Origin: Mobula hypostoma
Taxonomy: Eukaryota
Direction: 5' to 3'
Assembly: GCF_963921235.1 (NCBI RefSeq)
Contig: NC_086098.1
Location: 155,496,001 to 155,560,000 of the forward strand
DNA length: 64,000 nucleotides
Below, in pieces: positions 13,762-27,540 of this stretch. The position numbers and the translations under genes were made by a program. Under the pieces are notes generated by a model. That model searched no databases. It was not told the origin of the DNA and was given only the letters and a program-made list of their open reading frames with translations. Within the stretch, counting starts at the first letter, position 1; every line of letters starts with the position of its first letter.

Positions 13762-16700
13762 TTGGGGGGTGGGAATCAAATTAAAGAGGCTAGGCGAGAG
13801 GAGGTTAGTTCACAACAGGGGGATGGGAACGAGTGCAGAGAGACAGAGGGGTGTAAAGTGAGGGTAGAAGCAAAAAGTACTAAGGAGAAAAGTAAAAGTG
13901 GCAGGCCGACAAATCCAGGGCAAGCATTAAAAAGGGCCACTTTTCAACATAATTGTATAAGGGCTAAGAGAGTTGTAAAAGAGCGCCTGAAGGCTTTGTG
14001 TGTCAATGCAAGGAGCATTCGTAATAAGGTGGATGAATTGAAAGTGCAGATTGTTATTAATGATTATGATATAGTTGGGATCACAGAGACATGGCTCCAG
14101 GGTGACCAAGGATGGGAGCTCAACGTTCAGGGATATTCAATATTCAGGAGGGATAGACATGAAAGAAAAGGAGGTGGGGTGGCGTTGCTGGTTAAAGATG
14201 AGATTAACGCAATAGAAAGGAAGGACATAAGCCGGGAAGATGTGGAATCGATATGGGTAGAGCTGCGTAACACTAAGGGGCAGAAAACGCTGGTGGGAGT
14301 TGTGTACAGGCCACCTAACAGTAGTAGTGAGGTCGGAGATGGTATTAAACAGGAAATTAGAAATGTGTGCAATAAAGGAACAGCAGTTATAATGGGTGAC
14401 TTCAATCTGCATGTAGATTGGGTGAACCAAATTGGTAAAGGTGCTGAGGAAGAGGATTTCTTGGAATGTATGCGGGATGGTTTTTTGAACCAACATGTCG
14501 AGGAACCAACTAGGGAGCAGGCTATTCTGGACTGGGTTTTGAGCAATGAGGAAGGGTTAATTAGCAATCTTGTTGTAAGAGGCCCCTTGGGTAAGAGTGA
14601 CCATAATATGGTGGAATTCTTCATTAAGATGGAGAGTGACATAGTTAATTCAGAAACAAAGGTTCTGAACTTAAAGAGGGGTAACTTTGAAGGTATGAGA
14701 AGTGAATTAGCTAAGATAGACTGGCAAATGACACTTAAAGGATTGACGGTGGATATGCAATGGCAAGCATTTAAAGATTGCATGGATGAACTACAACAAT
14801 TGTTCATCCCAGTTTGGCAAAAGAATAAATCAAGGAAGGTAGTGCACCCGTGGCTGACAAGAGAAATTAGGGATAGTATCAATTCCAAAGAAGAAGCATA
14901 CAAATTAGGCAGAAAAAGTGGCTCACCTGAGGACTGGGAGAAATTCAGAGTTCAGCAGAGGAGGACAAAGGGCTTAATTAGGAAGGGGAAAAAGATTATG
15001 AGAGAAAACTGGCAGGGAACATAAAAACTGACTGTAAAAGCTTTTATAGATATGTAAAAAGGAAAAGACTGGTAAAGACAAATGTAGGTACCCTACAGAC
15101 AGAAACAGGTGAATTGATTATGGGGAGCAAGGACATGGAGACCAATTGAATAATTACTTTGGTTCTGTCTTCACTAAGGAGGACATAAATAATCTTCCAG
15201 AAATAGTAGGGGACAGAGGGTCCAGTGAGATGGAAGAACTGAGCGAAATACATGTTAGTAGGGAAGTGGTGTTAGGTAAATTGAAGGGATTGAAGGCAGA
15301 TAAATCCCCAGGGCCAGATGGTCTGCATCCCAGAGTGCTTAAGGAAGTAGCCCAAGAAATAGTGGATGCATTGGTGATAATTTTTCAAAACTCGTTAGAC
15401 TCTGGACTAGTTCCTGAGGATTGGAGGGTGGCCAATGTAACCCCACTTTTTAAAAAAGGAGGGAGAGAGAAACCGGGGAATTATAGACCGGTTAGCCTAA
15501 CGTCGGTGGTGGGGAAACTGCTGGAGTCAGTTATCAAAGATGTGATAACAGCACATTTGGAAAGCGGTGAAATGATCAGACAAAGTCAGCATGGATTTGT
15601 GAAAGGAAAATCATGTCTGACGAATCTCATAGAATTTTTTGAGGATGTAACTAGTAGAGTGGATAGGGGAGAGCCAGTGGATGTGGTATATTTGGATTTT
15701 CAAAAGGCTTTTGACAAGGTCCCACACAGGAGATTAGTGTGCAAACTTAAAGCACACGGTATTGGGGGTAAGGTATTGATGTGGATGGAGAATTGGTTAG
15801 CAGACAGGAAGCAAAGAGTGGGAATAAACGGGACCTTTTCAGAATGGCAGGCGGTGACTAGTGGGGTACCGCAAGGCTCAGTGCTGCGACCCCAGTTGTT
15901 TACAATATATATTAATGACTTGGATGAGGGAATTAAATGCAGCATCTCCAAGTTTGCGGATGACACGAAGCTGGGTGGCAGTGTTAGCTGTGAGGAGGAT
16001 GCTAAGAGGATGCAGAGTGACTTGGATAGGTTGGGTGAGTGGGCAAATTCATGGCAGATGCAATTTAATGTGGATAAATGTGAAGTTATCCACTTTGGTG
16101 GCAAAAATAGGAAAACAGATTATTATCTGAATGGTGGCCGATTAGGAAAAGGGGAGGTGCAACGAGACCTGAGTGTCATTATACACCAGTCATTGAAAGT
16201 GGGCATGCAGGTACAGCAGGCGGTAAAAAAGGTGAATGGTATGCTGGCATTTATAGCGAGAGGATTCGAGTACAGGAGCAGGGAGGTACTACTGCAGTTG
16301 TACAAGGCCTTGGTGAGACCACACCTGGAGTATTGTGTGCAGTTGTGGTCCCCTAATCTGAGGAAAGACATCCTTGCCATAGAGGGAGTACAAAGAAGGT
16401 TCACCAGATTGATTCCTGGGATGGCAGGACTTTCATATGAAGAAAGACTGGATGAACTGGGCTTGTAATCATTGGAATTTAGAAGATTGAGGGGGGATCT
16501 GATTGAAACGTATAAAATCCTAAAGGGATTGGACAGGCTAGATGCAGGAAGATTGTTCCCGATGTTGGGGAAGTCCAGAACGAGGGGTCACAGTTTGAGG
16601 ATAAGGGGGAAGCCTTTTAGGACCGAGATTAGGAAAAACTTCTTCACACAGAGGGTGGTGAATCTGTGGAATTCTCTGCCACAGGAAACAGTTGAGGCCA

Positions 16701-16792
16701 GTTCATTGGCTATATTTAAGAGGGAGTTAGATATGGCCCTTGTGGCTACGGGGATCAGGGGGTATGGAAGGAAGGCTGGTGCAGGGTTCTGA
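13762..16792 (+). pseudogene. CR1 ORF2: AP endonuclease plus reverse transcriptase, one frameshift near 15000 and an in-frame stop at 16466-16468
   Basis: NARS, GITETW, VYRPP, GDFN, SDH (EN); YRPVSLTS, DFQKAFD, GVPQGS, FADD (RT). Confidence 0.92.
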
Positions 16793-19744
16793 GTTGGATG
16801 ATCAGCCATGATCATAATAAATGGCGGTGCAGGCTCGAAGGGCCGAATGGCCTACTCCTGCACCTATTTTCTATGTTTCTATGTTTCTATTCCTTCATGC
16901 CCTGACTCATCAAGAATCTATCGTCCTCTGCCTTAAATATATCCAATGACTTGGCCTCCACAGCTGCCTGTGGCAACAAATTCCACAGATTCACCACTCT
17001 CTGGCTAAAGAAATTCCTCCCCATCTCTGTTCTAAAAGGACACTCCTCTATTCTGAGGCTGTGCTCTGGTTTTAGACTCCCACAGCACAGGAAATATCCT
17101 CTCCACATCTACTCTATTGAGGCCTTTCAATATTTGATGGATTTCAATGAGGTCACCTCTCATTATTCTAAATTCCAGTGAGGAGAGGCCTAGAACCATC
17201 AAACACTCCTCATGTGAAAATCTTTTCAATCCTGGAATCATTTTTATGAACCTCCTTTAAACCCTTTCCAATGTCTGCACATCGTTTTTTAGATAAGGGG
17301 CCTGAAACTGCTCACAATAGTCCAAGTGAGGCCTCACTAGTGCCTTGTAAACCCTCAATGTTACATCCTTGCTTTTATATTCTAGTCATCTCAAAATTAA
17401 TGCTAACATCACATTTGCCTTGGTCACCACTGACTGAACCTGAAAATTAATCTTTAGGGAATCCAGCACGAGGACTTCCAACACCCTTTGCACCTCAGAT
17501 TTTTCAATTTCAATTTAGAAAATAGTCTACCCTTCTACTGCATGGCCATACACTTCACAACACTGTATTCCATCTGCCACTTCTAATCTGTCAAATTCTT
17601 TCTGTAGCCTCTCTTCTTCCTCAAAACTACCTGTCCTTCCACCTATCTTCGTATTGTCTGCAAACTTGTCCACAAAGCCATCAATTCCATCATCCAAGTC
17701 ATTGACATATAACGTAAAAAGTGATCCCAAAACAGACCCCTGTGGAACACTCCTAGTCACTGGCAGCCAGTCAGAAAAGGCTCCCTTTATTCCCACTCTT
17801 TTCCTCCTGCCAATCTGGCATATGCTAGAATATTTCCTGTAATACATGGGCTCTTAACTTGTATAGCAGCCTCATGTGTGGCACCTTGTCAAAGGCCTTC
17901 TTAAAATCCAAGTGCACAATATCGACCAATTCTCCTTTGTCAATTCTGCTTGTTATTTCTTCAAAGATTTTCCCCTAAGGAAACCATGCTGACTACGGCC
18001 AATCGTATCATGTCTCCCAGTATCCTGAAATCCCGCAGTCTTTTATAAACACCTGAGGACGCAGATTTAATATCCAATCAAAAAACCAGCACTTCTGCTC
18101 ATGTAGCTTCTGTCTGCATCGCACAGCATGGGCCTGTCAACTTGCATTGTAAATTGATATCCAAAATTAACTTGACAAATACAAGTGACTATTTTGAATT
18201 TCTTTCATGGGCATTCTATGGGATAAAGTGTGATCATATTCAGGTGCAATATCCATGAGTTCTGTTGTCTTCTGCCTACCTGGAATAAGGGGTCTGTGAG
18301 GTTATAATATTTACACAAATCAAATATTTTTGTCCTCTTCCCGCTTGCGTGTCAAGCATATGCAAAATTTGGATCAACAGCTGAAGGTATGATAAGGGCA
18401 TTGTGGACTGTGTTTGGAAAACATTATTGACCACGTTGTTCTGGTTGATAGCTAGTAGCTCCAGAGGTTCTGGTTGGCAGATGCTGGCATATTTGAGTCT
18501 AGAGATTGAAGAGGGAAGTACAAAGGAGTGATTCCAGATGCACTTTGCATTCTACCCTTGCGCTATACTGGGAAGATCTGACGTGGGAATAGTGATCCCA
18601 TTCACTTGCATGAGGCACCTCACGTTGTGGGAAAGATGTATGCTTTCTTAGCTTACTTTCAATTTTTTGGTGTTTTAGTGTACATTTAATTTTAAAAAGG
18701 TAATTCTAAAAGGTGTTAAAATGACTTTTACATGTTTTGATCGCTGGAAGGCTGTCAGGCTGTTCTGAGACTGGAATCTTGGAACAAACTGCCCGACACC
18801 GACTGGTACAACACGGCCTGATCTGTCTTACTGGATTCCCGTCAGATGAGGGCAGCAGAGTGCCGCCGCTCACAGACCGGCTGCTCAAAGCAGCCGGAGA
18901 TTCAGGTTTAATCCTGACCTCCTACGGTTCCTAAGTGGAGGTCGCTTGTGGTCCATGAGTCGCGGGTGCTCGAATTCCCACCTACATCCCAATGACGTGC
19001 GAGCTGATTGTTCAGTTGGCTGCAGTAAATTGCCCCTAGAACGTGGGTCATTTGTAGAATGGGTGGTGGTGAAGTAGTTGAGTTGAATGTGGGAAGCAGA
19101 TGCTATAGGGAGATCTGCATGTGTAAGGGGGTGCGGGTAGTTGGAATAAGAATATTCTGAAAAACAGTGTGCACTCGGGGGCCATTCAATGTCATAAGGG
19201 AGTATGGATTAGGAGGGGGTAGAGTGGGGGTGTGCGTGTGGAGGCGGGGAGAAGGGGAGTGGGCACGTCTGGGAAGCAGGCAGTGAATCCAGGCAGGAAC
19301 CAAGTAAATAAAATTCTGAATTCTTAAAAGAGTGATCAAGTTCTGTTGAATGGCCATCAACCTGAAACATTAATTTTGCTGAAAGTAAAATCAAAACAAA
19401 AAATAAATAAACACACAGATGCTGGAAATCTAACATAAAATAAACCGCTGGACAATCTCAGCTTGGCAGGTTCCAAGGGTGGGAACTGAAATCGAATTAA
19501 CATTTGGGATCGAGGATTCTCATCCTACGCAGTGCTGGTGAAGGTTGGTGGAGTGGGTGAAAGGTATATTCCATTTTTATGTACAATATAACATTGCAAC
19601 ATTATGGAAAATTCGCACATTCTGACGAGAATAGAAGTGGACTTCTCTTTCTTAAAGTGTTTGGAGTCAATTTTGGAAATTACTTCGAAGCAAGACACTG
19701 TAAGTGGTTCTGACTGACGGGAGTAAAAGGTCTTGACGCTTCAT

Positions 19745-19758
19745 CCACTAGAGGGCAG
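19745..19758 (+). promoter_or_regulatory. CTCF-like motif CCACTAGAGGGCAG
   Basis: Full match to the CTCF core CCASYAGRKGGC in apparently non-repeat sequence between HIRA and the Ig gene. Confidence 0.55.
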
Positions 19759-22559
19759 CAATTGTTCAGTTTTGGAGTTCACACTCTGAGGCAGCAGATG
19801 TGACTTTCAGTTCCGCAGCTTGTCAAACAAAGATTAAATATAGTTTACTCCAAATGTAATCTACTAGCTGTAGATAAATGTACAGGATTACTGTTTAGTG
19901 TATCACCTTCATGTGTGTTCAGTCAGGGATAAATGTTCTGTGTATATACTGTACCGTTAAATACTTAGCAAACTCTGGCACAGTAATAAGTGATTAGATA
20001 CAAAGTGAAGCTCTCTCCCAACTGTTTCAAGCATCTGACGTCCTTCTTCAGCCATCGTTCTTCTTCCCGCTTGCTAGGTTCCAAAAATTTCCCCAACTCA
20101 TGCCAGTTTATGTCAGCTTCTGCCTTCTTTCCCAGCTGTACTGGTCACGTTTGCATCCCCTCCAGCTTGATTTAGAAATGGACAGTCCGTGTATTTAATC
20201 ATGTTTAAGATGGCTGGTATTGAAATGGGAAAGTCGCTAAGTGCAGATGCTGAGAATCTGAAACCAAAACAAACTCTGCTAGAAATACTCAGCGGCTTAG
20301 ACGTCATCTGCGGAGCAAGTTGCTAGGTGATCTCACAACAGGATGAGGGAAATTTAGTTTAAGACATTATAAGAATGATGTGAAAACTTTAGAGAAGGTG
20401 TAGAGGAGATTTACTTGGATACTACCTGGACTAGAGAGCATGTCTTATGAGACATGCCAGCTTATGGCAGCTTTGGCTTCTGGTTGAGCAATCTGGAGTT
20501 TTTCTCTTTGGACTGAAAGAGGATGAAAGATACAGATTAAGCGGGCAGCCATAGACATTTTCCCAGCTTGGAAATGATTAATACGAGGTGGCATATTTTT
20601 AAGGCGATTGGAGGAAAGTATGGGGAATGGGTTAGGTAGGTTTACACAGTGGTGGGGAAAGGTCTCTGGCTATCCACTCGATTGCAGTATTCCGCTGTTA
20701 CAGAGAAGCAGTGCTTTATTCAGAAATCCACAAAACCCATTTAATTTAAGATTTTAAACCTACTACTAGACCAGGTTTGCCTGCCTATTCTGATATATCT
20801 TCCACGAGGCTTGGTGACTTTTCTTTGTTTGATAACACTCCATTGAAAGTCATTACAGCACTCTACTTCTGATCAGATCAATTGTACTTCCTTGCTTCTC
20901 AAAAGTTAGAAAAATAAAAATTATACAGAGGGTGCAGCTTCCATACCTCAACTGCGTCTTGAATTGTTAAGCAATGGTCAATGACGAGGCAGCATCTTGC
21001 TTTCCATAGACATGCCATCATATAACTTTCAGACAATTTCAGTGTCTTCAGTTAACTTGCTGCCATGATGTGGTGGTGACACTGTGTATGGATTCCATTC
21101 TAACATAATTTCACAGCACAGAGCCATTTGCAGATGGTTGAAGTAAAAGAAGTCAGGGATCTTCACATTTAAGACTTGATAGCAGACTTGATGGTGCACC
21201 TGGAAGAGCTGTTGCCTCAATACCAGAGGCCCCAGTTCAATGGATGCCACCCCTGTGTGAGCTTTGCTCAATTCCAACGTGGCAGTGTGGGATTCCTCTG
21301 GGTGCTCCTGCATTCCAAAATTGTGTTAATTGGCCACTGTAAGATCACTACGTGTGTGTGAGTAGTGGTAAAATCTAGGATGGGGGGGTGAGGGTTGGAG
21401 GGTTGATTAAAATGTGGGAAGATTAATAAATAGGATTAATATGAGATGGTTGATGGGCATGTGGATGATGAGCCGAAGGACCCATTTCCCTGCTGGATCT
21501 TTCTTTCTTTCTTTATTAATCTTTTTATTGATTTAAAAGGAACATAAATACAATCAGCTGGAGACAGGGGTTAAAGGTTATTTGAATAGCATGCCGTTCA
21601 CCTATTGGACGGTTTCTGGGGCAGTATCTTTCTATGACTCCATGAGATTAGTTTATTTTATAATATATTATTGCTACAAACATAATTTTGTTTGGTTTTG
21701 AGAAATAATCATTTCCGTCCATTTTAAATGTTAGATTCTATTTTTTTGGAAACTTTGGATAGTTGCATTCCTTCCCACCCCCGATTTGAAACCTTCCTAT
21801 AAATTAAAAAAAAAATAAAGATAGAGAAACTGTGCACCTTTGACTAGAAGTTGAAGTACTTAGGCTGTGAACAGAGCAATGTTATTTTATTGACAACTTA
21901 ATTTGCTTTCATTGAAAGGTCTCCACTTTACACCAACTATAACGTAGTAAGATGTGGGCAAGGACAAAATCAGACCAGTGTGGGATTTATCTCTAATTAG
22001 ATGCTAAGAATATTCAGTAAAGTTAAAGAACAGGCTTCTAAACCATGAGAAAATATTGAGATCAAATTGTTTCTTATCTCTTTATTCTCAGTTACGATAG
22101 TATTCTATGACGCAAACAGAAATAAACGTGACGTGATGACCACAATAGTGGTAGAGTGACCAAGACTGCAAGCCTTGGTCACTCAAATTGAACGCAGAAG
22201 GACAGGCAAAAAAGAGGAGGAAATGAGATGAGGCAAGTTCACATTCAAGTTTGTTGTTGTCTGACTGTACACATATACAACACGGTGCACTCAGAAACCA
22301 TATATCAGGCATAACAAATGATTTGACTCACGATCAAGAAGTAGAATTGGTTTGGCTGGAAATAAACAACATGGAAAGGAAGTCACTGGTAGTCTTGTCT
22401 AGTGGCAGCTCTATTGTAGGGTACTATAAAGCAAGAATTCACATAGGGATGAATGAAAGCTGTAAGAATAATTGTGGGTGCTTTTAATGTTCAGGACAGG
22501 AACATAAAATTGTCAAAGCCAATTTGGAGATTATTGTTTAGTTGTTCCTCTTCAACTTT

Positions 22560-23125
22560 TCAGAATCAGAACCAGGTTTATTATTACTGGCATGTGTCGT
22601 GAAATTTGTTAACTTAGCAGCGGCAGTTCAATGCAATACATGATATAGAAGAAGAAGAAGAAAAATNNNNNNNNNNNNNNNNNNNNNNNNNNNNNNNNNN
22701 NNNNNNNNNNNNNNNNNNNNNNNNNNNNNNNNNNNNNNNNNNNNNNNNNNNNNNNNNNNNNNNNNNNNNNNNNNNNNNNNNNNNNNNNNNNNNNNNNNNN
22801 NNNNNNNNNNNNNNNNNNNNNNNNNNNAACAGAAATAATATATATTCAAAAGGTGAGGTAGTGTTCACGGGTTCAATGTCCATTTAGGAATCGGATGGCA
22901 GAGGGGAAGAAGCTGTTCCTGAATCGCTGAGTGTGTACCTTAAGGCTTCTGTATCTCCTACCTGATGGTAACAGTGAGAAAAGGACATGCCCTGGGTGCT
23001 GGACGTCCTTAATAATGGACACTGCCTTTCTGAGACACTGCTCCCTGAAGATATCCTGGGTACTTAGTGGGCTCCATCTTGGGTACGAGCCTACAAAATG
23101 TACAACCCTCTGCAGCTTCTCGTTT
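22560..23125 (-). mobile_element. L2/Rex-like LINE 3' end spanning the assembly gap
   Basis: HPGHVLFSLLPSGRRYRSLKVHTQRFRNSFFPSAIRFLN* followed by an AT-rich tail. Confidence 0.75.
22667..22827. other. Assembly gap (161 N)
   Basis: Run of n directly in the sequence, inside the low-complexity tail of a LINE. Confidence 0.99.
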
Positions 23126-23644
23126 GGCATTTTATCATTATTAACGTCTGGTACCTAATTTTCATCCAATGCGTTCTCTTTAATTACCCTGCCATCTTCA
23201 AGCTCTTTTCAAAACTAGGACTTGGAAAAACCTGGACTTGAAAAAATGTCACCTTGGCTTGTTCACTATACTTTATATAGTTACGTTATGTGCAATTGGT
23301 GGTAATGGGAAGGTGGAAGAAATGGCGAATAGTTTAAGCTGGGGTGCAATAGATGAGCAGATAATATTTAAAACGAAATGTCCAACCAAATATAAGATAG
23401 GTCTTGCAAATTTATTGTATCTGAAGTATAATTACCAACTGAGCAAATAATAAATGAATAATCAGTTCAAACTGTGTATCAGAACAATAAAAGATAGAAG
23501 TTTATGGACATTGAAGTAATCCAAGATATATAGAGATGTCTTTTTCTGGAGAATCTCCAGTTAAGTCATAGTACCACAGTGAGATAGAGAGAACCACTGA
23601 GAAAGTGCAATGTAGGTAGGCAATAAGTTGTAAGTATCAACGAA

Positions 23645-24440
23645 GTAGATTCTGAGGTGAGAAGTTCATCTAAGGAACCATTTAATAGTCTTGTAACAGT
23701 GTGGTAGAAGTTGACCTTGAGCCTGGTGGTATCTACATCCAGACTTTTGTATCTTCTGCCTAAGGAGACGGGAGAAGAGAGAACGTCTGGGGTGGGTGAT
23801 TATGCCAGCTGCTTTGCTAGGGCAGTGAGAAGTGTAAACAGAGGCCATGGAGGGGAGGCTGAGCTTTATCCACAATTCTCTGAGATTTCTTGTGGTCACA
23901 GGCAGAGCAATTGTCATACCAAGCCGTGATGCGTCCAGATAGGGTGCTTTTTTGTGGTGCATTGATATAAATTGTTAAAGGTCAAAGGGGACATGCGAAA
24001 TTTATTTACACCCCCCCCCCGAGGGAGCAGAGATGCTGGTGAGCTTTCTTGGCCATGAAGTCCACGTGGATGCACCAAGACAGGAGCTTGGTGATGTTCA
24101 CTCCCAGGAAATTGAGGCTGTGATGCTGTCAACCTTTCAACCTCTACACCGTTGATGAAGACAGGAGATGTGCACCGCCTTCACTTCCTGTAGTCAATGA
24201 CGAACTCTTTTATTTCGCGGACATTGTTGTTATGACACCATGTTCTTGAGCTCTCTATATCGTTCCTGTACTTGGATTCGTTGTTTGAGATACGGCCCAA
24301 TATGCCGGTATCACCTACCAACTTGTTAGGGCAAATTCTGACCTCGCGGCCATCCGTGTACGGGGGGGGGGGGAATGGTAGGTAAGAGTAGGGGACTGAG
24401 GACGAAATCTTGCAGAGCACCAGGGTTTGGAATACTTGTG
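23645..24440 (-). mobile_element. Degraded L2/Rex-like LINE RT C-terminal fragment
   Basis: Frameshifted WCHNN, FRMSPLT..NLY.C, HP..SLFS.L motifs. Confidence 0.65.
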
Positions 24441-27159
24441 GCGGAGGTGTAGCTGCCTCTCCGTACTGATAGTGGTCTGTTAATCAGAATTGGTTCGATT
24501 TAGAAATTAGTATTCCCGTTTATCAGATATTTAGAAATGATTGGGCAACTACAGCAAGGAAGAGTGGCCTTTAATTGCTTGTCAGGAGAATATAAGTAAT
24601 TAAAATCATTGGAGACCTGCGGTTAAAATTGAGGATAAGGCAAGCCTGAATAGGGTTATATCTATGTTATGAATTTATGCATTCTGCCAGATCACTGTTC
24701 GGATGGGAGTGCTGTGGCAGAATGGTTAACTTCAGAGTTTAGCAAAGCTATACAGCAAACATCAAGTTGCATTAGTAGGGGATTTCATATTTTATACATA
24801 CACTCGGGAAAGCAGAGTAACTCTGTCGAGGAAAGTAATTTGTTCACATTAAAAATAGTTTTCTGCAGCAAACTCTTCTGTATTCAGGCCACGAATAATT
24901 ACTGTAAACTGTGTATTAGCAATAATCAATTAGATGATAAAATTTGTATGTTATATATCCCCGGTGAGAAAGTGAAACACTTTCCAAATAAACATAACAT
25001 ACACTTTGGAATATAATGCAACGTAAAAGAGAGTATTCTTGATCCAAGAGACGGTGGAAAATTAATCATGATAAGAAAACAGCAAGGGAAACAATCACCA
25101 CCTAGCGATCAGCTGAAACCAGTCCTCGACTCACTTTCACTGATAGGTCGTTGTCCCAATCAAGGTTTTCAATTGTTCTGGGGTAAACCAAAGAACTCAA
25201 CTCACTCTCTCCAGTACACCGCTTTGAGTTTGAGACTGGTGTTGTTTTACCGAATAAACGGTTATTTCGAAATCCAGCTTGTTCTATTGACTGGCTTCGG
25301 ATCTCATCAGTAGCTACAGGTGCACGAACACAACAGAAGCCATAAAAGTCAGAAAGAGCTCCAGAAAGAGAATACAAACACATGTGAACGAAATATCTGT
25401 AATCACTTTGCAATTGTATTCAAAACTAACCAGTGAAGGTTAATGCAGTTGCTTTAAAACAGATGGATACAATTAGAAATGTCATACGTTGGAAAATAAC
25501 TTGGTTCCAGCCCTTACAACAGAAAAGAATCCTCAAGAACACAATAGGAATTGCATTGCTCAAATCTGCCCTGCTATTCAGTATGTTCATGCTGTTCAGC
25601 TGGTCTACCTACGCTGGCCTCAATTTCTCTGCCGTGATAGTTCCCCATATCTCTCAATTTCCAGATCTCACTTTATCTTCTTGTACGTTAAATACATGTA
25701 ATAACTTAGCTCCCTGGAATATAGAATTCCAGGCATTTACCATCCACTGCAAAAAGAATTTTTATGTACCTTTGTTTTAAATGATCAGAGCTTTATTTTG
25801 CCAAGTTTATTCTCATATGCACAAGTACACGTATGCACATGTGCAATGAAATTCTTGCCTGCGTCACCCTCACAGGCACATGATATTAGAAACACAACAT
25901 TCACAAGAAAAAACATACATTGAATATAACATACAAAATTATACAAGGAAGAACACATAATAAAAAAAACTATTACAAAGTGGTCAAAATGTTGTTATAC
26001 TGAGGATTAAGGTTGTGCACCTTGTTTCAAGGACCAGCTGATTGAAGGGAAGTAGATATTCTTGAATCTGTTGGCATAGACATTGGGCTTCTGTACCTAT
26101 GGAGGCTGTGAAAAGATGGCACAGTCAGATGGTATGAATCTTGGATGACAGATGTTCACTTCTTGAGCCAGCGCCTCGTGTAGACCATATCCACTTATTC
26201 AAGACTCTCCCCTAATCTTTCAAGATTTATGCTGTCGTGTCCTATCAGTATCTCAGAACAATAAGGACACCTCCCATTCTTCTGAATCCAAGGTTTATTG
26301 GCCCAAACTATTTAACTTCATTTGTTAGGACATCCAGAAATTGGCCTGGTGAATCTCTCTTTGACTGCTTCCAATGCTTTAATATTTATTTTTTAGGTTA
26401 GAAAGTTAAAACTTAGCACAGTATTCCAGGAATGACCTTACCAGCACTCTCTACATTTGTATAAATTTTCCCTAGTTTAAAACTTCAACCGTTTGTAATG
26501 ATTTATCTAAATGCCACAGAAGGTAATGTCATGAGGACGGAAACTAACTAGAATTGACACAAGGTAGGACGTAACACTGAAAATAGCAGCGAGAACTGAA
26601 AAATCGATTTCTTTTCCACACTAGGATTTGAAAGGTCAGTAACTGGCAGGTTGCTGCAAGTGGTGAGTGCGGGTTCAATTTCAGCATTTGAGAGAAATTT
26701 CGGTAAGTACATGGATGGGAGAGGTATGGAGGGCTATGGTTCAGGTGTAGGTCGATGATACTACTCAGTATAATAGTGTGGCACAGATTAAATGGGCCGG
26801 ATGGCCTGCTTCTGTGCTTTAGGACTCTATGATACAATTTACCGCACACAGAGCAACACTGTTCAAGCCTAATCCATTGCTCATTGCAGACCGTTCCAGA
26901 TCTCATTGCCGGCAGCAAGGCGAAGAAGGAGATTCTGCTGTCGGCATAATTTCAGTGACGCTCTTCTGTCTGTATCTTGTTTTACGGCGGTTGGCATCCA
27001 GCTTAATGGTGCATTACCGCCACCCTCTGCTCCAGAATGTGCACTAGACATACATTCTAAATCCCTTCACCCAATCACACACACACACACTCACCTACAC
27101 TTCACCCTCCCATCTTTGACCATCCTAGTATCCTATTCCTGTTTATTCGTCATATTCTA

Positions 27160-27540
27160 TAAAAAAACCCCTGTACCCCTTAAAAATGCTAAAAATACCC
27201 GGACTTGTGCTCTCTCACCCATGCCCAGCAACCCTTTTAATGTGAATTCCTGCATCCCCAACTCCCTTAATTTATTTCTCATCATCTCTCTCTGTATCCC
27301 ATACTTCCTGCAACACAAAACTACATGTTCTACTGACTCCTCTTCCTGACATTCCTCACACAATCCTGTCTGGTGTTTCCCTATTATTTTCAATGTTTTG
27401 TTTAATGCACAGTGTCCCAGCCTTAACCTAGTCCACACAGTTTCCTCTCTTCTGTTTCCATTACCTACCCTAGTAACTGCAACACTCTTTTGTATTTGAT
27501 ATAAATGCCTCCCTTTCCCATCCCTGTCCCATCAGTGACG
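27160..27540 (-). mobile_element. I/Nimb-clade LINE 3' fragment with C-terminal Zn knuckle
   Basis: TRLRLGHCALNKTLKIIGKHQTGLCEECQEEESVEHVVLCC..Y..FL..TG. Confidence 0.7.

Larger units (their letters stand above)
12595..16890 (+). mobile_element. Near-full-length young CR1 LINE (5'UTR, ORF1, ORF2, (CTATGTTT)n tail)
   Basis: ORF1 starts at ATG 12829. ORF2 has long open EN (13762-15024) and RT (15146-16468) frames. 3' tandem tail at about 16870-16890. Confidence 0.95.
12490..18010 (-). mobile_element. Older CR1 (RT to 3' end) split by the young CR1 at 12595-16890
   Basis: The 3' tail at 12490-12594 continues at about 16891 (FRTEMGRNFFSQRVVNLWN; SVPQGSVLG..LYVNDLD..KFAD.TKIGG). Confidence 0.8.

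Noticed and set aside
14127-16404. Long antisense ORFs (258 aa, 134 aa and others)
   Set aside because: Shadow frames of CR1 ORF2.
19482-19491. PU.1/IRF composite motif GGAACTGAAA near the CTCF site
   Set aside because: Only 8 fixed bases, so chance hits are expected, and it lies in a decayed repeat remnant.
22667-22827. Gap hiding a gene
   Set aside because: Both flanks belong to the same LINE tail, and the gap is short and in low-complexity sequence.
25433-25780. 115-aa ORF with a hydrophobic stretch
   Set aside because: No true ATG start support, no recognisable domain or splice context.
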